DNA of 56,333 nt from Polymyxa betae A26-41 (GCA_003693705.1 RBZT01000504.1:1-56333); one strand, 5' to 3'. Numbered from the stretch's first letter, positions 1 through 12,272 are shown. The notes: a model not told the origin generated them from the letters alone. A program made the numbers and translations.

Positions 1-31
1 CCACAACAATTCAGATAAATAAAACGTCCTT

Positions 32-682
32 TCACATCATCGCCGGTCCCGCGGTTGTATTCGATCCCGTCAGATACAGCTGAACGACCTGGCGAACCCG
101 GCCCGGATCCAGTCGCGGTCTTCCTGCCGTAATGCCCTCTGCGTTCTGCTGCTGCGGATACAGCTTGACCTGGGCGCTAACCTGCTCGCAGGCCCGATTG
201 AATGCTTCCAGGCGCCGAGCGAGATCAATGCCCTCGACGTCGTCGCTCGCCTCGTTCAGCAGCGACTGATTCTGCTCGTCAATCTCAGGGATCGGTTTCG
301 CCCGAATCAGCTGGCCCTGGATAGCAAGCAGTCAGCGCTCACTAACGAACGTTGTGGCGCACGGCGGGTCGTACTGGATCGCAGCTGTCCGTGGTCGGGA
401 CGAACACGAAACTCGACGCCAGGTCGCGCTCGACATCGGGTCGCAGCAGCTCTTGGGCGATCGACGAAATCTGGCTGGAGACCAGGTGGAACTGGGACAG
501 GATCCGGGGCCTGTACGAACCGGCAGGATTAGCTGTCGTATGAACGAATAAGAATGGGGTCTTGGGGTCAACCATTGCCAGGCCGCGTGCGGCGCCGCCA
601 GGTTGATCTTGGACAGGGTCGACGACAGCTCTCGGGCGTCGACGCGCAACGCCCGAAGGTACGCCTCCAGCGGGTTCTCCAT
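32..682 (-). CDS. MED8: Mediator of RNA polymerase II transcription subunit 8 (3 exons)
   Basis: Spliced translation MENPLEAYLRAL...AAWQW|PRILSQFHLVSSQI...CDP|GQLIRAKPIPEIDEQ...AMM* resembles Med8 motifs (W..IL.QF..VS.Q; LR.K..PE.E); two GT-AG introns. Confidence 0.75.
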
Positions 683-2339
683 CCGATCAACGGACGGCTT
701 CGGCAACGACTGCGCGCTGGGCTGGTATTCCTCCTGCCTGAGACCGACAATAGAAGCGGGATATGCCTGAATGCGCATTTCATCGCCTTCAACGTAGAAT
801 CGAAAATGTCATGAAAATTTCCTCGCTTTGAATCGTCCAAGACGGAGGTCGATAATGATTCAGAATCAAACTATAATTTAGAGTACCCAGAAATCGTCGA
901 ATTTTCATCGTGAGATGAGCTGTTTTTCTTAAACTTAGAAAAGTTTCATAAGCATAGAAATCAACTGGTTGTGATTGCCAAGCTTAAAGACAATTTCTTC
1001 AGTAATAATGCGAATGAATTCAATTCAGTGGTGCAGACTGTTGGATTCGAGTCCGAAATGCATGAAGGGCCGTGTTAATAGACGTCTGAACTAAGAAGAT
1101 ACAAAGAGCATTAAAGCCAGAAGAATCCAGGTCATCAACTTCTAAGGCAAAGGTCAGGTTTAAAGGCTACAAGAATATGATGCACATCGACCAAACCCTA
1201 TGGTACATTCACCCACCAGTTTTGTTGGAGTGGAGACATCTTAGCAGCTTTCGGCAATGGATGGAGCAGGCCATTGAGCTACAACATGATGCTTTCTATC
1301 TGTATCCAGTTCATGTGCATTCCCATACCTTCGGCGATATGTTGTTTTTCGCATGATCGATATAAGACGCTGCTACCAGTATTTGTCAGACGAGTTACTC
1401 AGGAATGCTGGTTACACATGACACAGATTTAACAGCAAAGCGCCACAAGCCTGTGGAATCGGTTTAACGAAATGACATTTCCAATTTTTCGTATTTGGAA
1501 GCGAGAGCCGTAATAATACTGTATTAAAAGCTTCTTAGTTAATTGCAACCCAGTTTCGAACGTCTCAGAATGAAGAGGTTGAACTTCAGATTTAGCTCCA
1601 TTTGTCTGGGTGAGTCTTGCGTTTGCAAATCCCACGTTTTAGACCTCGTTGGCTCATGCGAATCTTTCCAGGCTGTTTGTTTTGTTTATTCGGGTTGTTA
1701 CGCCATTAATAGGCGATGAAGGCGACACATTATCCTCTAATGCAGGGGCTGCAAGAAGTAAGAACAGCAACTCGTACTAGTAATCCGGGGCTTCTTCCAC
1801 CTTTGTGACTCGTCTTGCTTCTTGGTGTGAGTGCATCTGCAACTTGCTTTCTCAGCTTGTACTTCATCTTATGACAAATCTATCTTTTAAATGGTAAATT
1901 TGTCGCTTTACCATTCGGCCTCGAAAGATCTACCACCTCAGGCGGTGAAGCGAACAACAAATGTCTTTAACGTGGTTCAAACTCGCGACCCCTGAAGTCT
2001 TTCCAGGCTGTTTACATTCCAGCCTGGACTTGCGCTGCGCCATAGGCCAGCCAATACAAGAGTGGCGATTCTTGAAGGCGATGCAGTATATACCATGTGA
2101 CAGGGATCTGAAATTTGTTATCGTCGATACGAGTTTGAATAACTCCAAAACGTCATAGTTGGAGTTATCATGGCGGGAAAGTTTCGAAAATAAAAGAGCT
2201 ATTTGGGAACCTGATTCTGCAAGATTGTAAACTGCGGTAGTCCCTCAAATCCGGTGAATTCGGGAAATGTGATAATCGTGGCTTTATTGAAACCGAGAGG
2301 GCTTGCTGGTTTGGTTATGATGGTTTTCAGTAGATTGCA

Positions 2340-3030
2340 GTTCACCAATTTGGGCCTGTACCTTTACCGCCACCGTAGTCGCCCAACTTATAGGGATCAT
2401 CGTCGCCGTTATCGTCGTCGTCATCATCGCCTTCCATATAGAGCTGGTGCTTGGGCAGTTGTTGTCCTTAAGTGGTGGCCTGAGCGACAGAACGGAATCG
2501 GGCGCTGAGCGATAAGGCCTCTGCTAAGCTGTGGCCCCCAGGACCCCAACCGCCCCAATCATCACCATCGTCCAGAGCGACATATCAGCCTTGTAGATGT
2601 TCTTGATCTCGATAAATTTCAAAATGACGAATGACGGAATGGGAACAGAAGGAGCCAAGCCGAGAAGCAGTTCACTGCACCTACCACTACCGGTGTACTG
2701 TACCTCCGCACTTCGGAAATTGCCGCGACCCTAATACAGGGCGAGTCGCTCTAATGAAGCTGCGCCTCTCTAAGAGTGGCCGCACCGTTTGCTTGTCTTC
2801 ACGTTCTTTGTATTGTCCGGTGAGCACTCTTGGCTGACTTCGCTCTTGCTACCATCATGGACATTGCAACTGTTGCTCAGGTCCGCTCCCTGCCGCCATC
2901 CTGGCTGTGAAAACGTAATTTCCTCTGATCACTAGTTAAGACGAGATGTAGAAATCCATCAGCCTCCGTGGCAAATTCCGTGCCATTATTGCGAGAAGGC
3001 TTCGACCAGGAATGTCTTAAACATCATGCG
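2340..3030 (+). pseudogene. Decayed receptor-like (TM + TKL-type) protein kinase relic
   Basis: Fragments in order across frames and stops: TM helix LIGIIVAVIVVVIIAF (~2388-2435), GLC*...PIITIV, TGVLYLR...LIQG (GL.YLH..IIHGD-like), LADFALATIM (~2831-2860; DFG-like), RRLRPG. Confidence 0.4.
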
Positions 3031-3066
3031 GAGTCGATCCTTTCTGAAGCAAGCACTGCTTCAAGT

Positions 3067-3345
3067 AAAAACAGAAGAGAAGGCGCCATCACTGGGTTGC
3101 ACGGGTTAGGGTTTTATCATACTAAGTGGGGGAAGGGCGGCGCCGGGGCCGATCACGACGGCTGCTTGGCGTGGCGAAACCGCGCCATACGATGGGACGG
3201 CGCCGTCGGCCGAAGCCGACAACAGCACGGCGCGGCGATGACGGAAGTCAGGACAAGCTTTTAGGTGGAGCCCTTGCCTTAGGGCATTTGGGTAGGGTTA
3301 GGACTAGATTTTGGGACTAAAAGAGTCGATTCCTGTCATTAGGGA
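3067..3345 (-). ncRNA. Structured ncRNA candidate, telomerase-RNA-like (putative template CCUAACCCUA)
   Basis: GC-rich island without a convincing ORF; hairpins 3167-3187 and 3205-3220 (cUUCGg on minus); long-range helices 3238-3246/3330-3339 and 3258-3264/3317-3323 enclose TAGGGTTAGG (3293-3302); T5 tract at the minus-strand 3' end; AT-rich upstream. Confidence 0.45.
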
Positions 3346-3916
3346 GAAATAATATATTTTTAAAATACTGTAAGAATTTTTTTAAACCTCTTTGTTTGGT
3401 ACTCCGTAAATCTTACCGAAGTAAAAAAACGTTTGGCATTTTCATGCTTTAACGCATTCTACTCACTGGTCGTTCCGTTTGATGGTGCCGGAAAATATGT
3501 TACAGTACTACAGTATACGGTTTTCCAAAGGAAATTTCAAGTACATTCGGCAGCACCTCGGCCTTAGAGATCGATTTGACATTGGTGCCGAATTTTTGTT
3601 ACGGGTTGGATCAGAAACCCGAAAATAAAAAAATACAAATGAGAACAGTCGAGGGCGGTCCTGGTATGCATGTGCTTGCTCGTTGCGATACAATTTTTAC
3701 GTCACTGACCTCATTGTCAATGTGATTCCTTTCGATTCCACCTCTGTTGTAAGCAACGAAGGCGAAGCTTGGTCGTCAGGAGGTCCCTTCGTCAAACGTC
3801 CAAGACCGCAACGATGCTACTTGCGCAGTTCCATTTTGGCGCCAAAACGCCCACCTTCATTGCTGCTCGAGTTTAGCATAATCAAATTGTTTTCGTGAGG
3901 GACGACATCGACAACA

Positions 3917-4615
3917 ATGTTCCTGGAGCTTCTGGTACGTCCTCAGAAATCAATCGGCCTAACTCTAAACCCCTCCTAGATCGGACCGATGTTCTCTGGT
4001 AAATCCAGTTTGCTCCAAGCTCGCCTGCGCCGCTATCAAACCTTAAAATGGAACACATTGGTTCTCACTAGCAGCCTGGACAAGCGTTATGTGTCTCAAA
4101 ACGAGGATAACGCCGCTGTCGTCACCCACGATGGCCAATCGGTGCCAGCGACTGCCGTCCTCGAACTCTTGCCAGTTCTCAAGTCGAAATTGTATAAAAA
4201 ATCTCAAGCTATTCTTCTAGAAGAAGCTCAGTTTTTTGATGACCTGCTCGAATTCGTGCTTCATGCTGTGGAAATCGACGGGAAAGACGTTGTTGTAGTC
4301 GGTATGTAAAGGTTTTTCTTTCAGCAGCTTATTCAGCTTTAATCAAATTGATTAGGTCTGGACGGTGACAGAAATCGATGCAACTTCGGGCGCGTCTTAG
4401 ACCTAATCCCATATGCTGATTGCTTAACCAAGCTAACCGCGTTGTGCTCAAGATGTTGTGATGGAACACCGGGACTATTCAGCTGCCTGGTCGTCGACGA
4501 CAGCAGCGATCGCGAGTACGGGCAGATTCGGGTCGGAGGTTCGGATTCCTATGAGCCCATGTGCCGGAGACACTATCTTGAGCAGCGCAGGAAGCTTGAT
4601 CCAGTCGTCGCTTAA
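3917..4615 (+). CDS. TK1: Thymidine kinase (TK1-like, 3 exons)
   Basis: MFLELL|IGPMFSGKSS P-loop, LLEEAQFF, VVVG|LDGD, KLTALC..C, GG.DSYEPMCR zinc/lasso motifs. Confidence 0.95.
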
Positions 4616-4829
4616 GCACGCCCCTTGTATATATTCCAACCTTCTTTGTACATGACCCAGAGCGTCTCCATCCAGCTTAAGAATGTAAAGAAAAAGAATA
4701 ATGAACTAATGTCTGAATATATTGGTATGAAAGCAAGTCGAAAGTTGCCACTTGGTAACATTTCCCATCTCGACGCAACATTCAAATGGTGCATCTCACT
4801 TGGTGAACGACTGGATCCATGTTGTCTAA

Positions 4830-4954
4830 AACTGACCCTGGCGCCCCGCTTGCTTGTGACATTATTCACTCGGAAAGCCACAGCACCTAAGAGCGATGTC
4901 CAGTCCATCAGCATCGACGAAGTCGTTGGTGACTGCGCGATTCATGTTACGTAG
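4830..4954 (+). pseudogene. Protein kinase subdomain VIII-IX relic
   Basis: LAPRLL...TAPKSDVQSISI resembles APELL...T.KSDVYS.GI; no upstream kinase body. Confidence 0.3.
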
Positions 4955-5027
4955 AGGCCCCTTCAGTTACTGACAGTCTACTGCGCCTTTACGAAAGTGG
5001 TCGACTGCCTATTCGACATTTGGGCTC

Positions 5028-6003
5028 ATGGCTGACGACCAGCTGAAATCGGCCCTGAACCTGATGCGGCGCATGCCGCCCTCCAAGACTGAGACCAGCC
5101 TGTCGGGTCTGATCAACTTGGTCCCTGACCTGACCGATGAGCTTCTGCAGCGGGTTGATCAACCGTTAAAAATCGCAATTGATTCTGTGGCCGGCCGAAA
5201 ATTCGTTATCTGTGATTATAACCGTGATGGAGATTCATATCGGTTTGCACATATCAGATTTTGAAAAGTCGGAAAGCTTATGACTTGCAGGTCGCCATGG
5301 TCCAACAAATATTTCCCTCCCATTGAGGATGGATTTACTCCAACTGAACCATTACGCGAGCTGGAGGTTCAATGTAATGCTATATTCGATCAGTATCGAC
5401 ACATGTGATGTTTTCTGCATGATGCATAGTGCCTTGGCTAATAAGGTATTATAGGTATTTTGAAGGAGGCATATCTTCGGTTTATTTATGGGATATCGAT
5501 GAAAACAGCTTTGCCGGCTGTTTCCTGATTCAGAAAGACGTGGAAAACGTCAAAGGATTGAAGAGCGGTACTTGGAACTCCATCCACGTTGTGGAAGCGA
5601 GAGACCGCAAGAATGGAATGTTCGAGTATCGGCTTACCACCACTGTTATTGTATCAATGGAGGTACAGAATAACAGTGTTGGCAATGTTGATCTATCTGG
5701 AAACATGACCATGCAAGATGCCAAGGCTAGTTTTCAATGTCTTTCGCAGAGTTCCCTTCTGATACGTTTTTGTAGGTGCTCGCATTAAATGCTGACAACA
5801 CTCATATATCCAATATGGGAAAAATGATTGAAGACATCGAGCTACGAATCAGAAACTCGATCGAGGGCGTTTACATCCAGAAGACCAGGGAAGTCTATAA
5901 CGGTATTCGCAACAACGGCGCCCATCCGAAACAGCTGTCTTCGTTCACCGAAGACCTCAAGGACGCTGTCGTCAAGCACGGTAGCACCAAATCTGATGTT
6001 TGA
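5028..6003 (+). CDS. CAPZB: F-actin capping protein beta subunit (4 exons; intron 5726-5775 is GC-AG)
   Basis: [30 protein letters not shown]|[37 protein letters not shown]. Confidence 0.97.
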
Positions 6004-6084
6004 CCCTCAGTCTTCAATAAATTTCCACTTAATTGTCACTCGGGGTTCAAGATATCATTGGAGATTGTGAGAAAGCGACACGCC

Positions 6085-6290
6085 TCCTAGTCGACTAGCT
6101 CCTATTCGGATCACCGACTGTGCAATGTTACCCTGCAGCAGTGTCAATGGAGGGGCTGCAGCTAGCGATAGCCCTAGGGCGGAGGATCCCCATCATCGTC
6201 TCTTATCACTCCTGATATCTCTCGCCTCAACATTGCTGATTTCGGGATGATCGATGCCCTGAGGGCGCCCCAGCTTATCCCCGTGAAAGC
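6085..6290 (+). pseudogene. TKL-type protein kinase relic (subdomains V-VIII)
   Basis: LLVD*LLFGS, QLAIAL..IPII, LITPDISRLNIADFGM, GAPAY in correct kinase order with frameshifts and a stop. Confidence 0.45.
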
Positions 6291-6690
6291 CCCCGACCAG
6301 GTCCAGATCCCCGAATTCAGTTTGCCTCCAAGCCAAGACCAGAGCCATCGTCAATACATTAGGCAATTCAGTCTTCGCAAGGAATCAAGTTCTGTCACTG
6401 TCCTAGCCGATCAACAAGAATCAACTGTCCAAGCGAGACGAACGTCTAAAGCCAAACCTTAACCGATATAATACTCAATGCAAACAGTGACTGTATATAT
6501 AATAACTATAATGTAAAATTAGCATAAATTTTTAGAGAAATTTCCAAGATTAAAGAATAATTCGCAAAATTGGAAGATGATTTTTTTGTCCGTCAACTAA
6601 ATCAAAGACCTTAACAACTTGTCAAGAAACCGTCTTGTCGAACCCTTGAACTTCCCTGATTTACCTGATTATAAGCCTTTGGACGCCAAG

Positions 6691-6852
6691 GTAAGCAACT
6701 TGCTGAATCGATGCGATGACAGTGGTCGGTAGTGTGCGGTCTGCTCTGTAATGGGGTATGCTATGAAACATAGATACTCCTTGCTATTCACCGACCGCCA
6801 TTCACTGCTAGCCTTTTGTCTTCTCCGTTCAGAAGCTGAACGTTCTTTTCAG
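6691..6852 (+). other. Probable 5' UTR intron of XRN1 containing a long stem-loop
   Basis: AAG|gtaagc donor at 6691; ttttcag directly before ATG 6853; helices 6722-6730/6790-6798 and 6753-6765/6769-6780. Confidence 0.55.
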
Positions 6853-9800
6853 ATGGGTGTACCGAAATACTACAGATGGCTAAGCGAGCGATATCCTTTG
6901 ATTAACCAAGCGATCTATGACGCTATCCGACCAGAATTTGGTCAGCGACGCTGTAAATGGCTTAACCGCAACTGATAGGCAAGCTTGCTGTAGATTGCAT
7001 GTATTTGGATATGAATGGCATTATTCATGCTGCTACACATGGCCCTAGCGTGGATATTACCAAACCTCTGCCTGATGGTACCCTCAAACGGCTTCGCTTA
7101 TTGAAGTAATTGTGCTAATGGTTTCTCTTAGATGCTGCAATGGCATGTGTATTCCATTATATCGACAAAGTCGTTCGACTTGGCAGGCCCAACAGGTTGC
7201 TGTACATGTGCCTGGATGGTGTTGCGCCCAGGGCTAAAATGAACCAACAGCGCCAAAGACGGTTTCGGTCAGCGCATGACAGTGCTAAAGTCGATAAGTC
7301 TCACAAAGAATTACCAAATTACTTATTGAAAGTTTAGGTCAGAGAAATGGCCATTGCACAGGGCGAGCTGAGCCCTGACGTCACATTGTTTGATTCCAAC
7401 TGCATCACACCTGGAACGACATTCATGGCTAAGGTTTAACGCCGTTCGCCAAATCGACATCAACAGTGCTGAATGGCAGTAGCTGACAGAACATCTGAAA
7501 TTTTTCATTCGTAAGAAGATCGAGGAGGATCCACTCTGGCGCCAATTTACGGTCCTGTTTTCTGGTCACGAAGTAGGCGTTTGAGGTACCTTTGCTTGAA
7601 ACAGGTTGGTTCAGTTTTTCCAGGTTCCAGGCGAAGCTGAACACAAAATCATGCGGTATATCCGAACGATGAAAGGGCAACAAGGTTACGATCCGAATAC
7701 GCGCCATCTTTTATACGGTCTCGATGCCGATTTAATCTTCTTGTCGTTGGCTACGCACGAACCTCATTTCGCCCTTCTTCGAGAAGAGATTGTGTTTGGG
7801 AACCCGAAGTACAGCGCTACATATTTTTTTTAAATTCTGCTAATTTGCCTTGAAGAAAGAACGAAGTCAGGAAGCCTACTTCGAAGCACGATGAATTTCA
7901 ATTGCTTCATATCTCAATCTTAAGAGATTGTATCGAACATGTCAGTGTACTGTAATCATGCCGTGTGTGAACTCATCAAAAATTCAGGAGTTTCGCTCGG
8001 TTAGCATCCCTTTTGGATTCGATCTGGAACGCCTCATTGACGACTGGATCTTCATTTCGTTTTTCATCGGGAATGATTTCATACCACATTTGCCCTCCAT
8101 GGATATCCATCATGGAACCTTAGATAAACTGATCGCTGTCTATAAATCCCTTCTTCCAAGATTCGACGGTATGCTTTCATTCATGTGTTTCATTCTAGTT
8201 GTTTTGTAACCAGTCCTGTTTTATGTTTATACTTAACTGATTCGTTAGGCTACATGACCGATTCTGGCAAGATTGATCTGAAGAAGCTCGAAGTCATGTT
8301 CCATCGGTTATCCGAGTTCGAACTCGAAATTTTAGAAATGCAAAAACGGGATATGGAATATCTGGAAAGCAAGCGGAATCGGTCATTTCAAAGTAAGGTC
8401 GAGAGGTTGCCGGTTGGTCCCGATGTTTCCGTCGAAACCGACGGAGTTAACGAAGCTCCCAGAGATAACGATGAGGAAAGCGAATCAGACATTGAAGATC
8501 TAGATTTGGTAGTTCATTCTTTTGTAACGGTAATTTGCTGTTAAATCTAATTTTCAAAGGCTGTCCGCGATTTGGAAATTGAGGAAGAAGACCTGAAAGC
8601 TACCTACTACAATGAGAAATGGTATGGGTTGATGGATAACCCGCAAGAGCTCGACAATCTGTGCAGATCTTATTTAGAAGGTGAAATACTTGCTGTTTTT
8701 TGCTTTTTTGCGTTTGCTTCTGGCATCGCTTTTTGTTTCATGTTTTTTCCGTCTTTCTGCAAGTTATTCCTGTGAATTAATTCTGTGTCAGGCCTTTGTT
8801 GGGTGCTGCTATATTACTATCAAGGAGTTCCATCCTGGGGATGGTTCTATCCCTATTTCTACGCCCCATTGGCATCCTCAATGCGAAACCTCTCACGATA
8901 TCAGGTCGAATTTACGCTCGGCGACCCTTTCCTACCGTTCGAGCAGTTGCTGGGTGTTCTGCCGCCTGCGTCAGCTCCTTTGATACCGAAGGCGGTCGCC
9001 AATCTGATGACCGACCCGCGGTCTCCTATCATCGACTTCTACCCGACCACATTCGCTGTGGACATGAATGGAAAAAAGTTGAAAGTTTACTTGCATTTCG
9101 GGCTCTGGTTTGACGATTATCATTTCTCAGGAACGAATGGGAGGGAATTGCTTTGATTCCGTTCGTCGAAGAGCAACGTTTAGTCGCTGCGATTCGTTCG
9201 TTGCCAAAATCGGTATTCTCTAAAACAGAACGATTACGAAACCGTCACGGCGACGAGCTCACTTTCAAGTAAGCTATGTCGACTGCATGTCAAAGAGCAC
9301 CGTCTCTTAACGATTTCCAGGTACGACCTGAAAACAGTCGAGCCTGTCAGATCATCGATTCCGGAGATTTTCTCGTCCTTGGATGCCAGGTGAGACCACT
9401 CAAACGAATGCCTGTAATGATCGTGTCTAATTGCTGTTTCGTTCAAAGTCATTGTCGGGTAGAAAAATTCGAGCTGCCTCCTACCGGCAATGTGCCGTTC
9501 CGAACCCATTTATGTAAAGGCGTTCAACTACCAGCTCCCAGTTTCCCCTGCTTGAACTTGCTTAACATTACAATGGCACTAGCTCCAGCTGTAGGCGAGA
9601 ATTTTCAGTATTCGGATCTGCTTAGCTCAGGTGTTGTTCAGAATGTCAATGTGTTCGGACGTGGTAGCAAGCGGGAGTCGCTCGTCGCTACGATCGTGGC
9701 GGATCCGGCAGTATCGCTGCTGGATTATGCTCGCGGGCTGATTGGAAAACAATGCATTGTCGAGTACGTTTTCATTAACGGGCTGCTCAGCGGACTCATT

Positions 9801-12272
9801 GCTGAACTGTTGGACAGCTGGCCTTTCTTACGCGATGCGAAGGTGGTTTCGGTGACCGATGGTCAGCTGCGGTATTCCGCTGAAGCGCCTGATGGAGTGC
9901 CGCTTAGCCTGAAAGAAACTAACGTATTCAACGATGCAGTCTCCGAGGATCGCATCAAAATTCTGACCTCCCGAGCTACAGACATCGGCGATGAGCGGGT
10001 CGGCATTGTTGCTGAAAATCTTTTTCGTATCAATTTTGCAATTAGGTTCGTGTTGATGTCAAGCTGTTTACTGGGATGGGTCGAAGTTTATCGGGTGCAA
10101 CACACAAGAAATTCGCTCTTGAAGCGGTTTCCTATCCTGCCCAGGCAATCATTTTTTTGATTCTCAATGGTTTGTATTGATATTTTCAAAGTTAGTTATC
10201 GCTTCCCGATTAGTGGCTGATAAGAGATTCGATACGGCACCTGCTCAGTCTATCAGGGAAGCATTCCCGATCAAATGTCCGATCATCTATATCGGGACCC
10301 CCGCCGAGCTCTATGGATGTGCAGGTGTCGTCTTTGGTCACGATTCCAAAGTTCGTCGAATAAGAACTTTTTGTCGCGTTATTAATTCTCTCTAAAGTTC
10401 AGCGCGACGATTCGTTTGAGCACGTTCACTGCAGAGCACGATATTAAAGCTTTATGTCAAGTTGTTCAGTCTAAGGTTGGTTTCGCTTGTCACAGTGTCC
10501 TTTTTGGGTTTAATACCGTTGAAGGAGAAATGGATCCCGAGTTTCAAAGCTGCTCAGCAACTGGATATGTCGCCGTCACTGTTGGGGCGACTTTCAGCTG
10601 CTGTTTTAGTCAATCCTGGAAGAGCTAATCTCGGTAACTTTGCTAAGGTTTTTCCATGCTGCATCATTTTTAATTGTGTTCAGGATTAAATCTGAAATTG
10701 GTTCAACGTCAAATGATGGTCCCCGGGTACACACGTGTGAAAACCGGCACCAACGGGCTGTGGGAATATTCACAAGCGGCTCTTCGTCTGATCGACGCTT
10801 ACCGCATCGAATTTCCCGAATTATTCAGTGCCATTGACGATAGCGATTCGAAAATCGTCGATCTGCGAGACTATGTCGAGGAGGATCCCAAAGTATCCGG
10901 TGTACATTTTCCTTTCGTTAGCTCAAATAAATTAGGATTACGTCATAAGAGCGCAAGCCTGGCTCAAAGCTCAACCAACGTCACATCTTCCACTGGTGCC
11001 GCAGACAAGTCGAGTCCTGTCTCCCGATGCCATTTCCGAGATTGAAAGAACCCAATCGCAACTTCGCCGAAAACAGCAGCAATGCCAAGATATCAAGCTG
11101 ACCAATGCTCCCATTCAGTTTCTGTACAAGCAAGCTCAGCGGGTTCAGTGGTCACCTACTGAGTTGTCACATATGAATTTGGGCGATCGTGTCCTGTTCT
11201 TAGGCGGACATCATGGCGTTCCATTCGGTATGAGAGGCAATGTCGTCGGTTGTCATGAAAGTAACTGATTTTTTTTTATCCTCTCAATTCCTGATTCCTT
11301 GCAGGCGAAATTGATGTCGTCTTCGACGAGACCATTTTAAGCGGAACCGACCTGAACGGTCGGTGTAGCGCTTCGAGAGGCTTAACGCTGACCTCGAAAT
11401 GCGTCCTGAATCTAAGCAGGCCTCGCATCCCACAGTTACATTCTAAAGCGCCAAGCCCTGAAGCAGCCCCGTTCGTTCCAAAGTTTACTCCAGCTGAGCG
11501 CGCAACCGCTGTGAAACCTCCCCCTACTAAGCAGTTCTTTCCCGAACGGAAGAGCCAGATTGCTGTGAACACGACAAAACACTTTGCCAGGACTAATAAG
11601 GATAACGAAGATAGTCGAGATTGGTCCCAGATGTGGACTCAGTTACAAGATAGTACGGTCTCCCAGCAGCAAAAGCCTTCGCAACAGTCTCAAGCTCAAC
11701 TTCGTCAGTGGTCCAGTCAAGACGAGCCACGTGCAGAGCAGCGATATATCAGGTACCAACCGCACTCGGGTGTTGCACGAGCACCTGTAATGAATCCGCA
11801 ACAACGCCCGGAGCGCCCTCGAAGTCGGTATCGTCCGAAAGAGACTCCCAGCGCTGCCATCAACGATCGTCCGCCTCGTTCGAAAGAGACTCCTGTCGAC
11901 GATCGCAATGCACGTTTCTCGACCCATTCGTCAATGAAGACGCTATTCGGTTTGAGTGAATCGCCTACTGAAACAGCCAGGCGGTCGTTGCTTCCTGCTC
12001 AATCCCCACGCGATCGTGACCTTTCAAATGGCACATCTGCGCGTGCTCCCAAACCAGCTCCGCCCGCGAGTCGCAGTCAAGCGCCAAAGGTGTTCCCGAT
12101 GAGTTCGTCGCAGCCTGCCGCTCGCTGGCGAAAGAAACAGCCAGTACCTACTCCAGCCCAGCCAGCTGTGGATTTAAATTTCCGCCCTTTCAGCTCATAT
12201 GGATTGTCCGCACAGGCTCAGGCTCAGCCCTCGCAGCCATCACTCGTTCGCCCAGCTGATCTCGAATCTTAG
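6853..12272 (+). CDS. XRN1: 5'-3' exoribonuclease 1 (about 20 short introns)
   Basis: [84 protein letters not shown]; extended XRN1-type C-terminal domains ([13 protein letters not shown]). Confidence 0.97.

Noticed and set aside
1429-2148. 16-bp direct repeat TCTTTCCAGGCTGTTT (1663-1678, 1998-2013) and a minus-strand NPNK..PGKIRM fragment resembling BEL/Pao RT
   Set aside because: Single short motif with no further RT, RNase H, integrase or LTR evidence; only two repeat copies 335 bp apart, so not CRISPR-like.
3067-3345. RNase P/MRP or SRP RNA identity for the structured island
   Set aside because: Could not place CR-I/CR-V (P4) at plausible spacing, or SRP helix-8/Alu motifs, on either strand by eye; a covariance-model search is still needed to exclude them formally.
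6750-6790. TPP riboswitch in the XRN1 leader intron
   Set aside because: Lacks the CUGAGA and GAACCUGAU/UAAU consensus elements, and the gene is unrelated to thiamine.
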